Positions 11,145 through 21,550 of a DNA stretch of 64,000 nt are shown here, one piece after another. The stretch is from positions 1 through 64,000 of the IMG/VR virus record IMGVR_UViG_3300037249_000709, one strand, 5' to 3'. The notes under the pieces are model-generated. The model ran no database searches and had not been told where the DNA came from. It saw nothing but the letters and a program-made list of their open reading frames with translations. A program made the position numbers and the translations under genes. This DNA comes from a virus. Its lineage: Duplodnaviria; Caudoviricetes. Positions within the stretch are counted from its first letter, which is position 1. Each line of letters opens with the position of its first letter.

Positions 11145-12113
11145 TCACTCCCACGGATTACTGATAGGATTAAGAAACCTTGCAAGTCTACCATTGTAGT
11201 AAAACACCAAATCATTTGTGCTTATAGGTTTGTCGAAGTAATACTTGATTACCTGATTGTAAATATCCGCACTAAGACATTTGAACTCAATCTTGCCATC
11301 GTCCTGGTTATAGGTTTTAAGCCAACCAGTAGTGCCGTCAATTTTGCTCAATTCAAAACTCGACACTCTAAAAGAATCCTTTTCGAGTATTGGGAACTCC
11401 GATACGGTTTCTCTTAGCTGCTTTAATGAAAACCCCATTGAACCATTAACCTTAATGATAATCTCATCGTTACTTACGCTGTATATTGGAAGATTAGGAA
11501 ATTCTTTAAGCAGGTACTTACATAGCCAGCACATTATTAGGCGCTCATATTGTATCTGCCTCTTGGGATTGCAAGCTCCCATTATAACCTGTCTAATGTA
11601 CTTGCTATTTATGATATGTAGATTGCCCGTGAACTGTCCTATAAATTCTTCCCAAGACGAATAGCCATCGAAGATTTCTGCCGAGAAATGATGTAGTGCT
11701 GTAAAATTGGCTTTCTTCATGTCAATCGAAACAAAGCTGCCACCATCGTTATCTTCTATATAAAGATTTTTTTCTGAAAAAGGTACTGGCACATCAAGAG
11801 GAATATATAAAACATTTCTTGGCAACTCTGTAATAGGATTAGCAATAAAACGAGCAAACCCATCGCTATTTTTTATTTTGTTAATAGCACTATCCTTCAC
11901 ACAATTATAATACTCGAAATACTCTTGCTCAGAAGTATAACTCTCTAACTCGGCACAAAAAGTAGCAAACTTTTCGACACATCCGAACAAGATGTCCAAA
12001 TCTCTTAAACGCTCGAAAAAGTACGGATTATCATACACCACAATAGGCAAATTATTGTCTTTGCAAAACCTTTTCTTCAAAGATATTGACTGCATAACTT
12101 CTTCTCTGTCCAT
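11145..12113 (-). CDS. hypothetical protein with polymerase-palm-like acidic motifs
   Basis: SIDMKKANF and SVSNDEIII resemble motifs A and C. Confidence 0.45.
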   Translation of the reverse strand: MDREEVMQSISLKKRFCKDNNLPIVVYDNPYFFERLRDLDILFGCVEKFATFCAELESYTSEQEYFEYYNCVKDSAINKIKNSDGFARFIANPITELPRNVLYIPLDVPVPFSEKNLYIEDNDGGSFVSIDMKKANFTALHHFSAEIFDGYSSWEEFIGQFTGNLHIINSKYIRQVIMGACNPKRQIQYERLIMCWLCKYLLKEFPNLPIYSVSNDEIIIKVNGSMGFSLKQLRETVSEFPILEKDSFRVSSFELSKIDGTTGWLKTYNQDDGKIEFKCLSADIYNQVIKYYFDKPISTNDLVFYYNGRLARFLNPISNPWE

Positions 12114-12127
12114 TTTCTCATTCTCCT

Positions 12128-13156
12128 TTATCTTCTACATACTTGGGAATTGATAGATTCAACGAGGTCGTAGATTTTTGTCCTGTCTACCTTTGGCGGT
12201 AAATCTGTGTTTCGCTTTGCGTAATCCAATCTTTGCTCCAGCTTTTCAACCATATCATAAAATTCAGTTGTTGGCTGATTGTTGTCATCGAGATAATCAC
12301 CATTTCTTATTGACATAAGTAAATCGTGTTCACCATATCTATATGTGTTTATTTGGTGCTTTTCTAAAATATCAAAACACATATAATAAAGTCTAACGAG
12401 GTGCATCATATGCTTGCCAAGTTTATCGTGAGCAATAGCATTTTGATTCCTGCCGCCCATTTTATCATATGATTTCACAACGGAGTTCATCTCGCTCCAC
12501 AACCCTTTATAATCCCTCAATGGATAATGGCTAAGATGTATATCCATATAGATTTCACTATTCATATCCTCCCTTGCCGATTTGTCAACATATAAGCGAA
12601 TTGCATCGTCCGGCATTTCAAAATACCGATTTCTATATTCCAAACTTGCATACTCGATAGATTTTAGGATGTGTTCTTCTCGTTCGGTTTGTGAAACCAA
12701 TCGCGCCGATTTATTTTGCAATCGTCTAAGTTGAGCGGTGGCATAACCACCAAATGAGTGTGCGGCAATCTGAGATAAGAAAAGACTGCTATTATCCACA
12801 AGCATTTTACCTGCTGATGTCATAATAAAATAATCTTGCGGTCGCAAGCCCAACATTTCTATTGTATTTGGATTACAGTTGCTAAGTAATTTTACAATCT
12901 TTTCTAACGAATATATAGTTGTGTCTGTTTGTACATCGACCACCTGCTCAAAGTCATTTCCAGTAAGAATATACCTCCTACTATTGGTTGCTACGCCTCT
13001 TATATCCAAATCAGAGCCTTCATTATTTGTGCCATATGCGTGTGAACCGCCTATTCCAAGCAAAATGACATTATCTCCGAGGAACTTATTGCTAATTAAG
13101 AAATCGTATTCTTCTCCTAAACTACTTTTTAACTTTTTTAAATCCATTTTTTTCAT
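12128..13156 (-). CDS. nucleotidyltransferase, Pol-beta superfamily (RlaP/YcgL-like)
   Basis: GGSHAYGTNNEGSDLDIRG, NPNTIE; RBS favours ATG at 13156. Confidence 0.85.
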   Translation of the reverse strand: MKKMDLKKLKSSLGEEYDFLISNKFLGDNVILLGIGGSHAYGTNNEGSDLDIRGVATNSRRYILTGNDFEQVVDVQTDTTIYSLEKIVKLLSNCNPNTIEMLGLRPQDYFIMTSAGKMLVDNSSLFLSQIAAHSFGGYATAQLRRLQNKSARLVSQTEREEHILKSIEYASLEYRNRYFEMPDDAIRLYVDKSAREDMNSEIYMDIHLSHYPLRDYKGLWSEMNSVVKSYDKMGGRNQNAIAHDKLGKHMMHLVRLYYMCFDILEKHQINTYRYGEHDLLMSIRNGDYLDDNNQPTTEFYDMVEKLEQRLDYAKRNTDLPPKVDRTKIYDLVESINSQVCRR

Positions 13157-13164
13157 CTCACTCC

Positions 13165-13276
13165 TTGACATATTAGAAAATATAATGTATAATCATAAAA
13201 AATACGGTCTGATTTTCTAACCGTGAATTTATTATATCAGATAATTTTCTATATGTCAAGCACAATTTTAGAAAAT
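13165..13276. promoter_or_regulatory. face-to-face sigma-A promoters with TAGAAAAT operator repeats
   Basis: + TTGACA-17-TATAAT at ~13165-13193; - TTGACA-17-TATAAT at ~13231-13259; TAGAAAAT/ATTTTCTA four times. Confidence 0.75.
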
Positions 13277-13302
13277 TAGACCGTTTTGGAGGTGAACTTA
13301 CT

Positions 13303-13662
13303 ATGCAAGAAACTTTATATGAACGAATCAAAAAATTATGCAAGCAAAAAGGTGTCACTATTGCAAAGCTGGAGTCTGAACTTGGATTTGGCAATGCTTC
13401 CATAAAGAAGTGGGAGCGTATAAGCTCTCCGTCTGTTGACAAAATAATAAAAGTGGCTTCTTATTTTGGTGTCACAGTCGATTATTTGCTCGGCAGAACC
13501 GACATTAAAAGCTCGGCTTCGGAAATTTTACAAGACGATGACATCATATCATTTCAACGAGCAAGGCAGAAAATGCCCGAAAAAGACAAAAATAAAATGA
13601 TGCAGATGCTCAAAATTAGTTTCGATTATGCTTTTTCTGACGAGGAGGACAACAATAGTTAA
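13303..13662 (+). CDS. XRE-family HTH repressor (ImmR-like)
   Basis: HTH_3 pattern IAKLESELGFGNASIKKWE..PSVDKIIKVASYFGVTVDYLLG. Confidence 0.9.
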   Translation: MQETLYERIKKLCKQKGVTIAKLESELGFGNASIKKWERISSPSVDKIIKVASYFGVTVDYLLGRTDIKSSASEILQDDDIISFQRARQKMPEKDKNKMMQMLKISFDYAFSDEEDNNS

Positions 13663-14301
13663 ATGTTAAGGTACGCATACATCAATCAGTTGGTTTTAAG
13701 TATTTATAGAGAGCTACCCATAGTTTCATTCCCTATAAATCCACAAGACATTATTAAACACATATCAAATTGCCGTTATATGTCTTATCAGCAATTTATG
13801 AAGTTAAATGGCTGCACCCTCGATGATGTTATCCAAGTCTGCGAAAGTAAGTCTGGCTGTACCCACTATGATAAATCTACTAATCGCTATCTTGTATTGT
13901 GCAATGAATCTTTTGACAACAATAATAACTCTGGTAGACAACGTTGGACGTGCAGCCACGAAATAGGTCATATAGTTTGCAAGCATCACACATTATCTGC
14001 TTATAGCAAATTATCTGAAAATGGCTTGTTAAAAGTTGATAACGAGATTTTTGAAAAAGAAGCCGACTATTTTGCAGCTACTATTTTAGCACCGTTCCCC
14101 CTGTTTAAAGTGTTGAATATTAATACACCAGAACAGGTACAAGAAACATTCGGTTTGTCTCACGAGGCTGCAACTAATAGATTTGAACAATATCTAAAAT
14201 GGAAACACGACCATAGAAAAACATCTTGGGAGAACGACATTGTTAATGTGTATTTAAGAAAGAAAAGATTATCAGAACTGCAAGAGGAAAGTTATCAATA
14301 G
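13663..14301 (+). CDS. ImmA/IrrE-family metallopeptidase
   Basis: RQRWTCSHEIGH and EKEADYFAATILAP, adjacent to XRE. Confidence 0.9.
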   Translation: MLRYAYINQLVLSIYRELPIVSFPINPQDIIKHISNCRYMSYQQFMKLNGCTLDDVIQVCESKSGCTHYDKSTNRYLVLCNESFDNNNNSGRQRWTCSHEIGHIVCKHHTLSAYSKLSENGLLKVDNEIFEKEADYFAATILAPFPLFKVLNINTPEQVQETFGLSHEAATNRFEQYLKWKHDHRKTSWENDIVNVYLRKKRLSELQEESYQ

Positions 14302-14304
14302 CGA

Positions 14305-15022
14305 TTAAGCCACATCATCTATCCTTCGCTTTGCTATTTCAAAATATTTCTCGTCCAATTCAACGCCTATAAACTTTCTGCCACTATCTCTACACGCAAC
14401 TCCTGTGCTGCCGATACCCATAAAGGGGTCTATCACTACATCATTCTCTTTTGATGAGTTTTCGATTAGTATTTTCATTAGCTCTATCGGTTTTTCAGTA
14501 TCGTGCAAATTTTTACCGTCCTCTCCCTTTGTTTTAACGTTGGGAACGGATAGTATATCGCTTGTGCCACAATGATTTATTTTTATGCCTTTGCCTTTTC
14601 GGAAAAACATTATATATTCATACTGTGACATATAATATTGCCCCATTATTTTGTTGCCCTTATTCCATATAAGACATTTAATAAAATGAAAACCAGCCTC
14701 CGTGAAAGTGTTAAGCATATTGATGAGATTCACGTGATTTGTCATAACATAACAATGACTTCCATCTTTTAATATTCTATAGAACTCTGGAGCATAATCT
14801 TTGCAGTCTATACTATTACACGAAAAAACTTGTCCTTTCTTATTTATTTCCTTTTGCAACATCCCGCCACTATTACCAGCATTTCCACGAGATGTTGTAC
14901 GATAGGGCGGGTCTGTAACTAATAAATCTATGCTTCCTGCTTCAATGTCTGAAAGCGTTTTTAAGCAATCCCCTCGAACAAGTCGAATTTGTTCGGGGGG
15001 GAGTTCTATATTTAAAACTCAT
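14305..15022 (-). CDS. DNA methyltransferase (N4C/N6A), frameshifted at a C7 tract (OFF)
   Basis: GDCL..TDPPY upstream of the called start, HDTEKP, DPFMGIGST; ATG at 15022 in frame only with C6/C9 (G7 on + at 14995-15001). Confidence 0.85.
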
Positions 15023-15048
15023 ATTATGTATTATTCCTTTCGGTGGTT

Positions 15049-15288
15049 TTAAGCACGTAGCACATATGTACTATATTTTGCTGTATTTCCATATCTATCA
15101 GTACACTCACTATTGACGCTTTCTATCGTGTATATTTTTCGTAGATTGTAGATAATTGCGCTCAATCGCGTTGCACCATAAAGGTCAATAGCCTCAAAAC
15201 TTGTAATTGAACCGTGTTTCTGTAAATGCTCTAAAACTTTCTGCGTCTTGTTGGTAGTTCTTTTCTTTGTCTTGTTGTTCCCAACCAT
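15049..15288 (-). CDS. winged-HTH DNA-binding protein
   Basis: GSITSFEAIDLYGATRLSAIIYNLR. Confidence 0.7.
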   Translation of the reverse strand: MVGNNKTKKRTTNKTQKVLEHLQKHGSITSFEAIDLYGATRLSAIIYNLRKIYTIESVNSECTDRYGNTAKYSTYVLRA

Positions 15289-15349
15289 AATTTATCATTC
15301 TCCCTACATTTTATTTATTTGAAGAATCGCCTAATAATATAGGCTTAAT

Positions 15350-16141
15350 TTAATCTTTATCCGTTACCTCAATAATCTTCCACCCAGCTCTGGTCGCACT
15401 TTCTCCACAGTTGGTCGTAAGTGTTCCGATGGTTGATTGGTCACTTCTGACTCTGCTATTATAATCATCATAAACCAACATTAAACTCCCCCCGGAGCTG
15501 TCGAGAGATGGGTTTTCAACAGATGTCTTTTGCTTATCAATATCTTCAAACAATCTATTTAGACCAATCTCGAATGCTCCTATGCCAGAAAAGTAGCTAC
15601 CAACCTTCAAATCATCAAACAAGTACGGCATTGCTGAATATAATTCTTTAAAAATATGATACAACACATCTGTCACGATAGAGTTGCCAGCTTGTTTGTA
15701 GAGTTGCGTATTGCTTACTCCGGCATTTCTTGCATTTTCAAAGTCCTCATCAGAAAATCCCATTAAACGCCAACACTCTTTTGGCGTAAGTTTTCTAATA
15801 CGATAACCAATATCCGTGTTATTTATCACTTTTATACCGCTCCTATTAGCTCGTTGTGTGGGACAATAGTCTGTTGTTTTTTCGCCCCACCCCTTGTCCC
15901 TATCGTCAAAGAAACAAGGAACTTCTGTGTGTTTAATTTCAATCACTTGTTTATCCCTCACAAAGTCCTTTTTACACTCCCATTGTTCAAGTAAATATGT
16001 ACACTGTGTAGCTCCTGGATTTGCCTGCAATGCTGGGTGTATATATCTAATTTCTCTTTTTCTCGTCTTTACTCCATCACCAGCTTTATGCGAAAAATTA
16101 TTTGGAGTTAGTAGACATATTTTCGTGTTGCTCACATTCAA
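15350..16141 (-). CDS. C5-cytosine MTase C-terminal part (motifs IX, X, then permuted motif I)
   Basis: RKLTPKECWRLMGF, LYKQAGNSIV, followed by FSGIGAFE. Confidence 0.85.
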   Translation of the reverse strand: MNVSNTKICLLTPNNFSHKAGDGVKTRKREIRYIHPALQANPGATQCTYLLEQWECKKDFVRDKQVIEIKHTEVPCFFDDRDKGWGEKTTDYCPTQRANRSGIKVINNTDIGYRIRKLTPKECWRLMGFSDEDFENARNAGVSNTQLYKQAGNSIVTDVLYHIFKELYSAMPYLFDDLKVGSYFSGIGAFEIGLNRLFEDIDKQKTSVENPSLDSSGGSLMLVYDDYNSRVRSDQSTIGTLTTNCGESATRAGWKIIEVTDKD

Positions 16142-16280
16142 TTACTCCATTCATAGACTGATTGCCAAAGCCTTTATAATCTCTTGCCATAAGTGTATTA
16201 GCTATATTGATTTCTCTGTCTATCTTGCTACATTGCCGAGAAACTAATACAGTATGGATGGCACTTGAACCACATCCCAT
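16098..16280 (-). CDS. TRD-like module of the split C5 MTase
   Basis: IANTLMARDYKGFGNQ..GVIE; in frame with 16291-17061 if the G tract is G7. Confidence 0.55.
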   Translation of the reverse strand: MGCGSSAIHTVLVSRQCSKIDREINIANTLMARDYKGFGNQSMNGVIECEQHENMSTNSK

Positions 16281-16290
16281 TGATGTCTGT

Positions 16291-17061
16291 CTATACTTCC
16301 TCTCCCCCCCCGGCTCTTATGGCATTAGAAACGGCTTTTTCGAGTTTACCACTTGCAATTAAGTTTTCAATAAGCTCTCTTGCTTTTGGCGTATTTATGT
16401 AATATTTTTTATCGACTTCATCTTCGAGCATATCTTTTAAGCGCAAGCCATTATCGAATGGTTCTGGAAACTTGAAAAGTCCATTATCAAATTCTTTTAG
16501 TATAATAATTAGATAAACTCGCTCACGATTTTGAGGAATACCGTAATCTTTTGCGTTTAGAACTTTATAATAAGTGTTGTAACCATATTCATTAAGTTCT
16601 TCAATAAACATCTGAAATGTATCTTTGAATTTTTTACCTACGATATTTTTGACATTTTCATAAATTCCCCATCGAGGCTTGTTTGCTCGAATAACTCTTA
16701 GCCATTCAACCAGTAGCGAACTCCTTGTTTTATCCAAGTTTTCACTTTCACACTTCGGACATCTATGGCGTTTGGAATAATGAACTGTTAAAGGATTATA
16801 TTCTTCTCCGCAGTCAAGACACTTCCACATACTACCAGCTCCCTTGCCTGCTACTGAAAAATCTTGACAAGGACTGCCGCCACATATCATATTAAACGGC
16901 TTTAAGTTATGCTCGTCCACCTTTGTTATATCGCCCAGATTAAGTGATTCACTAACCTTGTGTACAGCACAATAACTTTTTGTGGCATACTTATCAAATT
17001 CACAAAAGTTTACAAGTTCATAACTTCGTGTATTTGAATTATCACTTTTATTCATTTCCAA
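16291..17061 (-). CDS. C5-cytosine MTase N-terminal part (motifs II-VIII, Zn-ribbon insertion)
   Basis: FCEFD, GDITK, GGSPCQDFS, CLDC..CPKC, ENV, PQNRERVY; no motif I. Confidence 0.85.
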   Translation of the reverse strand: MEMNKSDNSNTRSYELVNFCEFDKYATKSYCAVHKVSESLNLGDITKVDEHNLKPFNMICGGSPCQDFSVAGKGAGSMWKCLDCGEEYNPLTVHYSKRHRCPKCESENLDKTRSSLLVEWLRVIRANKPRWGIYENVKNIVGKKFKDTFQMFIEELNEYGYNTYYKVLNAKDYGIPQNRERVYLIIILKEFDNGLFKFPEPFDNGLRLKDMLEDEVDKKYYINTPKARELIENLIASGKLEKAVSNAIRAGGGEEV

Positions 17062-17190
17062 TTCTAAAAACCCTCCTAAACTCGGTGTTTTCTTTATTTA
17101 CTAAATAAATTGCAGTTGATAGATTTTCCTTTTTCTTCCCATAAATTGAGAACTTCTTCTGATTAAACGTAGATAAAAGTGATATTTTAT
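17034..17190. other. Invertible segment 3 (spacer gtgata), ON
   Basis: - ATAAAA-gtgata-ATTCAA at 17034-17051 inside codons NKSDNS; + ATAAAA-gtgata-TTTTAT at 17173-17190. Confidence 0.85.
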
Positions 17191-17646
17191 CTACATTTAA
17201 ACCTCAAAAAAATCCTCAATTATTGGGCTTTTTTATTTTGTCTATTTTTTAAAATCCCTATCGTTTATCGCCGTAGCGACGGCGAGGAAGATTACCACAA
17301 GAAATATTAATAATGCGGCAGAAATCCACGTTGGAGATAGCACCCACCACCAAGACCATTCGATTACATTGAGTAGTTTGAGTGTGATAAATACAATTTG
17401 TAATAGTCCCCAAAATCCTATGCCACCGCTTGCTGCGGGGGGTGCTACTTTCGTTTGGCTTACTCATATATTACTCCTTCACCTTTGGCTTCTTAATGTC
17501 GTATGCCATACGCTCGTAGTCCTGCATATACCTATTGTTCTCTTTGAGATACTTTTTGAGCATATCATACTTTGCAGCCTTTACTACCAACTTTTCAAAC
17601 TTCTTCTTGCTTATTTTCATTATTTATTCTCCTTTTTTATTTCATC

Positions 17647-18177
17647 TTACATTTTAACTTTCTTTTCAACCACAACAATAGTATCATTGTGCCAGCCGCC
17701 GTGAGCCACCAACAATATTTCTTGTGTCACAAATCCATATTTCTTTCCAATGCCCCCTGAGTTCCACGAGCAAGTTATTACAATTCCATTGGGTTTTACT
17801 ATCCTGCTTATTTGTTCCTTTTGCTGCGACCAGTAACTCGATTGTGTGGTTTTAGTATCGACTGTTAAACCTAATTTTCTGTAGCACTCTGAAACTTGTC
17901 TTGGAGAATAGGGTGGGTCATACAAAACCGTATCAACAGAATTATCATCAAACCGTTTAAGAAATTCGGTGGCATCAAGATGATATGTAGTATCATACGC
18001 CGGGTCAATATCATTTGTTATTGTCGCAAGTTTATTGTTATTTGCAAACGGGTCTATAACTAACCCGAACTTGTACTTATTGATAATGTCGGCGATTGGT
18101 TTAATTGAAAATGTCCTGCTATTTGGCATTGCCCATTTCCTATTTATCTCTGGCAATATACCACCTCTTATTTTCAT
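17647..18177 (-). CDS. small adenine-specific DNA methyltransferase-like protein
   Basis: VIDPFA, DPPYSPRQ, HGGWHNDTI. Confidence 0.75.
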   Translation of the reverse strand: MKIRGGILPEINRKWAMPNSRTFSIKPIADIINKYKFGLVIDPFANNNKLATITNDIDPAYDTTYHLDATEFLKRFDDNSVDTVLYDPPYSPRQVSECYRKLGLTVDTKTTQSSYWSQQKEQISRIVKPNGIVITCSWNSGGIGKKYGFVTQEILLVAHGGWHNDTIVVVEKKVKM

Positions 18178-18714
18178 CTTCTATTTTTTGCCCCACAATT
18201 TGGGCAATAGTCATAATAGCATTTGTAACAATAATTTGCTGTCTCAACTACCCCTTTACACGCCGAACAATGCCATGTCTTAGTAGGCAGCACACGCCCG
18301 CTTTGCCATATACCGTGTTTTATAGCTGGGCGTTCTTCTAACCGGTTTGATAAATCCTTTTGAATATAAGATTGCATATATTTAACATCATCATATAACT
18401 CCTCTAATTCAAATTGAAAACAATCGTAGTCAAAATCAGGAGATACACTTTCTTTACAGTAAAGAATGCGGTTAAGAACATCATCTTTAAGCACTAATTC
18501 TTTGTTCATTGCCAAATTACATCAACTCTTTTCGTTGGTATTATATAGCTTTTTCATTGCTATCTCTACCGCACATAATGCTTCATAGTCTTTCATAATT
18601 TCTTCTCTTAATTCAGGGCTTTCTTCTTCACACATAGCTGCCATACTTCTACGCAGCATAGACCTAATGCGACTAATCCATTTCTCGATGTTTCTATCAA
18701 AACTGTTTTCCATA

Positions 18715-18972
18715 TCAATCTCCGACTATTCTAATATTCCAAAGTCTAACAGCCGCTTCATCGCTCGAAAACTCTGTACTTATTGTTACTTCTTTGGCTT
18801 GTGCGCCACAACGTCTGCATTTCACAAAAGAAGTTCTTTCAGCTTGATTAAATGTCGCTTTGCCGCCACCGTGTACAAGGTCGGCTTCTGCTCCACAAAA
18901 CGGACAAGGCAGAATATCAGAATTTGTTCTCTCTACATCAATCAGTTCCATATTTATTTTCCTCTTTATCAC
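18715..18972 (-). CDS. Lar-family restriction alleviation protein
   Basis: LPCPFCG..C..CGA..A..WN. Confidence 0.7.
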   Translation of the reverse strand: MIKRKINMELIDVERTNSDILPCPFCGAEADLVHGGGKATFNQAERTSFVKCRRCGAQAKEVTISTEFSSDEAAVRLWNIRIVGD

Positions 18973-19727
18973 TTATTAGTTTTGCTCCGCATTCTTCACA
19001 ATACTCTGTAGGATAGTCTTGTATATGTTCACACTCGCTACATACATAATCTGTCCACTCGCAATCTCCAATAGGCGTTGCTTTGGGGTATGTTGATATT
19101 ATCCAGTGTGGCTTGTTTTCTCTTTTATTGAGTTCTTCGCAAACATCTTTATAAAAATCAACCCATGATGTCGGTATGCTTGAATTATTAAACCCCAATT
19201 CAGTTATTTCATTCATTGTTTTCTTGTAGTATTCATAATCTTTCTTGAACTCATACAATACTTCATTGTTAAGATGCGGCAGTAAACATTTTATATAGGC
19301 AATATCTGCTATAATTCTATCGGATGTTCCTCCCATTGCACATCTTACAGCAAAATTAAGAATATCTCCGAACACCCCATTATCTACCTCCACAACCACT
19401 TTGCTATCAAACTTGCCGTGTATGCCCTTATCCCAATCATTTATTTCATCAGTTCCTGACGTAAATTTATACTCCATCTCTTACCTCACAAAATATTCTT
19501 CACTATTATTCCAAGACTTTTGATATTCAAAATAACGGTAACATTGGTAAAACATAAAGCACGGCTTGTCCAAGCAATCATCATAATTATGCTTTTCGCC
19601 ATACCAATTCTCGCAGGCGTGACACATTTTCATTAAGTCATTATCTTGATTGAGGTTTTCTCGTATTCTCCAATAATCGTCTTGAATAAGTTTTTTAGTA
19701 TCATCACACATTCGGCTTCACCCAATG

Positions 19728-20456
19728 TCAAACAGGAATACCAGCTTTCTTGCAAGCATTCTGCCAATCACTATATTCATCCAATAGCTTTTCGTAAAGT
19801 TCTTTATCGCTAATTTTTACAATATCATTTATTTCTACAAAATTAGCATTATCGACAACTCTGCCGGAGATGTTATCCAAATGTTTAAGAAAATCAAAGC
19901 CACCCGAACCAATACCAATAAACTTCCAGAAGATATTATATTGAGATGCATCGACAATGGCTTTCTCTGCTTCATACCTATCGAAGTTATCTCCGTCAGT
20001 AATGAAAATCACAAATGTTGGAGTTTTTGATTTAAACAGCTTCCCGTAAACGCTTGTGATTTTCTTCATTACAGGCGAATAATTTGTTCCACCCATAATT
20101 TCGTGTTTACCCAGAATCACATTCTGAACATAAGACTTTATGTTAGACAAGGTAACTGCTTTTAGCTGGACAAAATTATTATTGAATAGATAAAACTCCA
20201 TTTTCTGGTTATCGTCAAAAACCATAGCCATTGGGAAAACTCTTTCAAGCAACTCTTGTACTCTACCCGAAGTATATTCCTGCTGCATTGAGCCGGACTT
20301 ATCTAATACGAAAACGACTCGCGCCTCCATATTAGAGGGAGGGTTCTTTGAAACAACATCTTCGAGCGTTTCTTTTCTCAAAGTTAGCTTCTTCTTGCTC
20401 CCATCATCAATAATCGGTGGTGCTTCCTTTTTTATTAGTCCATTAAAAATTCCCAT
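19728..20456 (-). CDS. vWA domain protein (TerF-associated type)
   Basis: DKSGSM MIDAS, GGTNY, FITDGDN, WKFIGIG, RVVDNANF. Confidence 0.85.
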   Translation of the reverse strand: MGIFNGLIKKEAPPIIDDGSKKKLTLRKETLEDVVSKNPPSNMEARVVFVLDKSGSMQQEYTSGRVQELLERVFPMAMVFDDNQKMEFYLFNNNFVQLKAVTLSNIKSYVQNVILGKHEIMGGTNYSPVMKKITSVYGKLFKSKTPTFVIFITDGDNFDRYEAEKAIVDASQYNIFWKFIGIGSGGFDFLKHLDNISGRVVDNANFVEINDIVKISDKELYEKLLDEYSDWQNACKKAGIPV

Positions 20457-20493
20457 CTTATTTGTCCTCCTAATATGATTTTGTATAATGTAA

Positions 20494-21399
20494 TTACTTG
20501 CATTGTTTCATACAGTTAAAAATATGTACTATGACTCCCACAGTCCAACCATTCCCGATACATCTTGCTCTTTCTCTATCGCTTACTCCAAGAGTGTACC
20601 CTTGTGGAAGATTCATAGCCAATTCTGCTTCTTCATTTGTTAAGTAACGGTATCTTTCACCATCGGTAATCAAAACCATACCGCTATGACTTTGGTTGTA
20701 ACCTCTTGCTGTCAAGCAAGGAAGTTTTACACCACTACCAATCAATGTGGCACATTCAAGTGGTTTCTGTTGTGCTTTCCACTTTGAAACCTTATCAATA
20801 TATTCTTGGCTTAACCACGAATTATCATTTTTGTTTATGTCATCAAATGTTATATTGCTTTCTTCTGGCTGCGTGATAGAGAAATTTGCCCAATATAGCC
20901 TATCTCTCCTTGCAGCGGAAACAGTCGATGAGTTTATTCTTACTGGCTGCACACCCAGCTTTTCACTAATAATATCCTGCCACTCCGCTTTCATTTTCAC
21001 ATTTTCAAGCAAAAATTTTATATTTGGATTTCTGTCTTTTATGTAATTTAAAATATCGACATAAACAAAGAATAGTTTACTTCGTGGGTCTTGAAAATTT
21101 AACATATTCCCTGCTAAACTAAATCCCTGACAAGGACTACCGCCTATTAGCAAGTCGATATTGCCCCAATCAACATCCCATTTTCTCCAATTATTAACAT
21201 CTCCTAAACGAATAATATCTGGATAGTTATTTTGGCTTACCTTTATAGCATTAGGCTCGATTTCGCTTGCATAGTATTTATCGACCTTGATGTCTGCCAT
21301 TTCAAGTGCAAGCATACCGCAACTAATACCATCAAATAAACTCAAAACATTTATCCCATTCGGTTTGGATAAAATAATTCTTTTATTGCCATTCTGCAA
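20494..21399 (-). CDS. C5-cytosine DNA methyltransferase
   Basis: LFDGISCG, GGSPCQGFS, ENV, GNGW; likely TTG start at 21399 after AAGGGGG. Confidence 0.9.
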   Translation of the reverse strand: MQNGNKRIILSKPNGINVLSLFDGISCGMLALEMADIKVDKYYASEIEPNAIKVSQNNYPDIIRLGDVNNWRKWDVDWGNIDLLIGGSPCQGFSLAGNMLNFQDPRSKLFFVYVDILNYIKDRNPNIKFLLENVKMKAEWQDIISEKLGVQPVRINSSTVSAARRDRLYWANFSITQPEESNITFDDINKNDNSWLSQEYIDKVSKWKAQQKPLECATLIGSGVKLPCLTARGYNQSHSGMVLITDGERYRYLTNEEAELAMNLPQGYTLGVSDRERARCIGNGWTVGVIVHIFNCMKQCK

Positions 21400-21539
21400 T
21401 AATAAATCCCCCTTATTACTCATCTTTTTTATATTCTCATAATTCTTTTTAAGCACTTTCTTTTAAGTATCATTAAAAATATGTTCTCAATTATTGAGGA
21501 CTTAATTTAATTTTTATGTAAATAAAAGAATTATTTGCT
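21369..21539. other. Invertible segment 4 (spacer gaatta), ON
   Basis: 16-bp inverted repeat AATAAAAGAATTATTT; sites at 21369-21386 and 21522-21539. Confidence 0.85.
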
Positions 21540-21550
21540 AAACAATATAC

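Noticed and set aside
14305-17061. Stop-codon recoding as cause of fragmented MTases
   Set aside because: Breaks are frame changes at homopolymers; long genes are intact in code 11 and no suppressor tRNA was found
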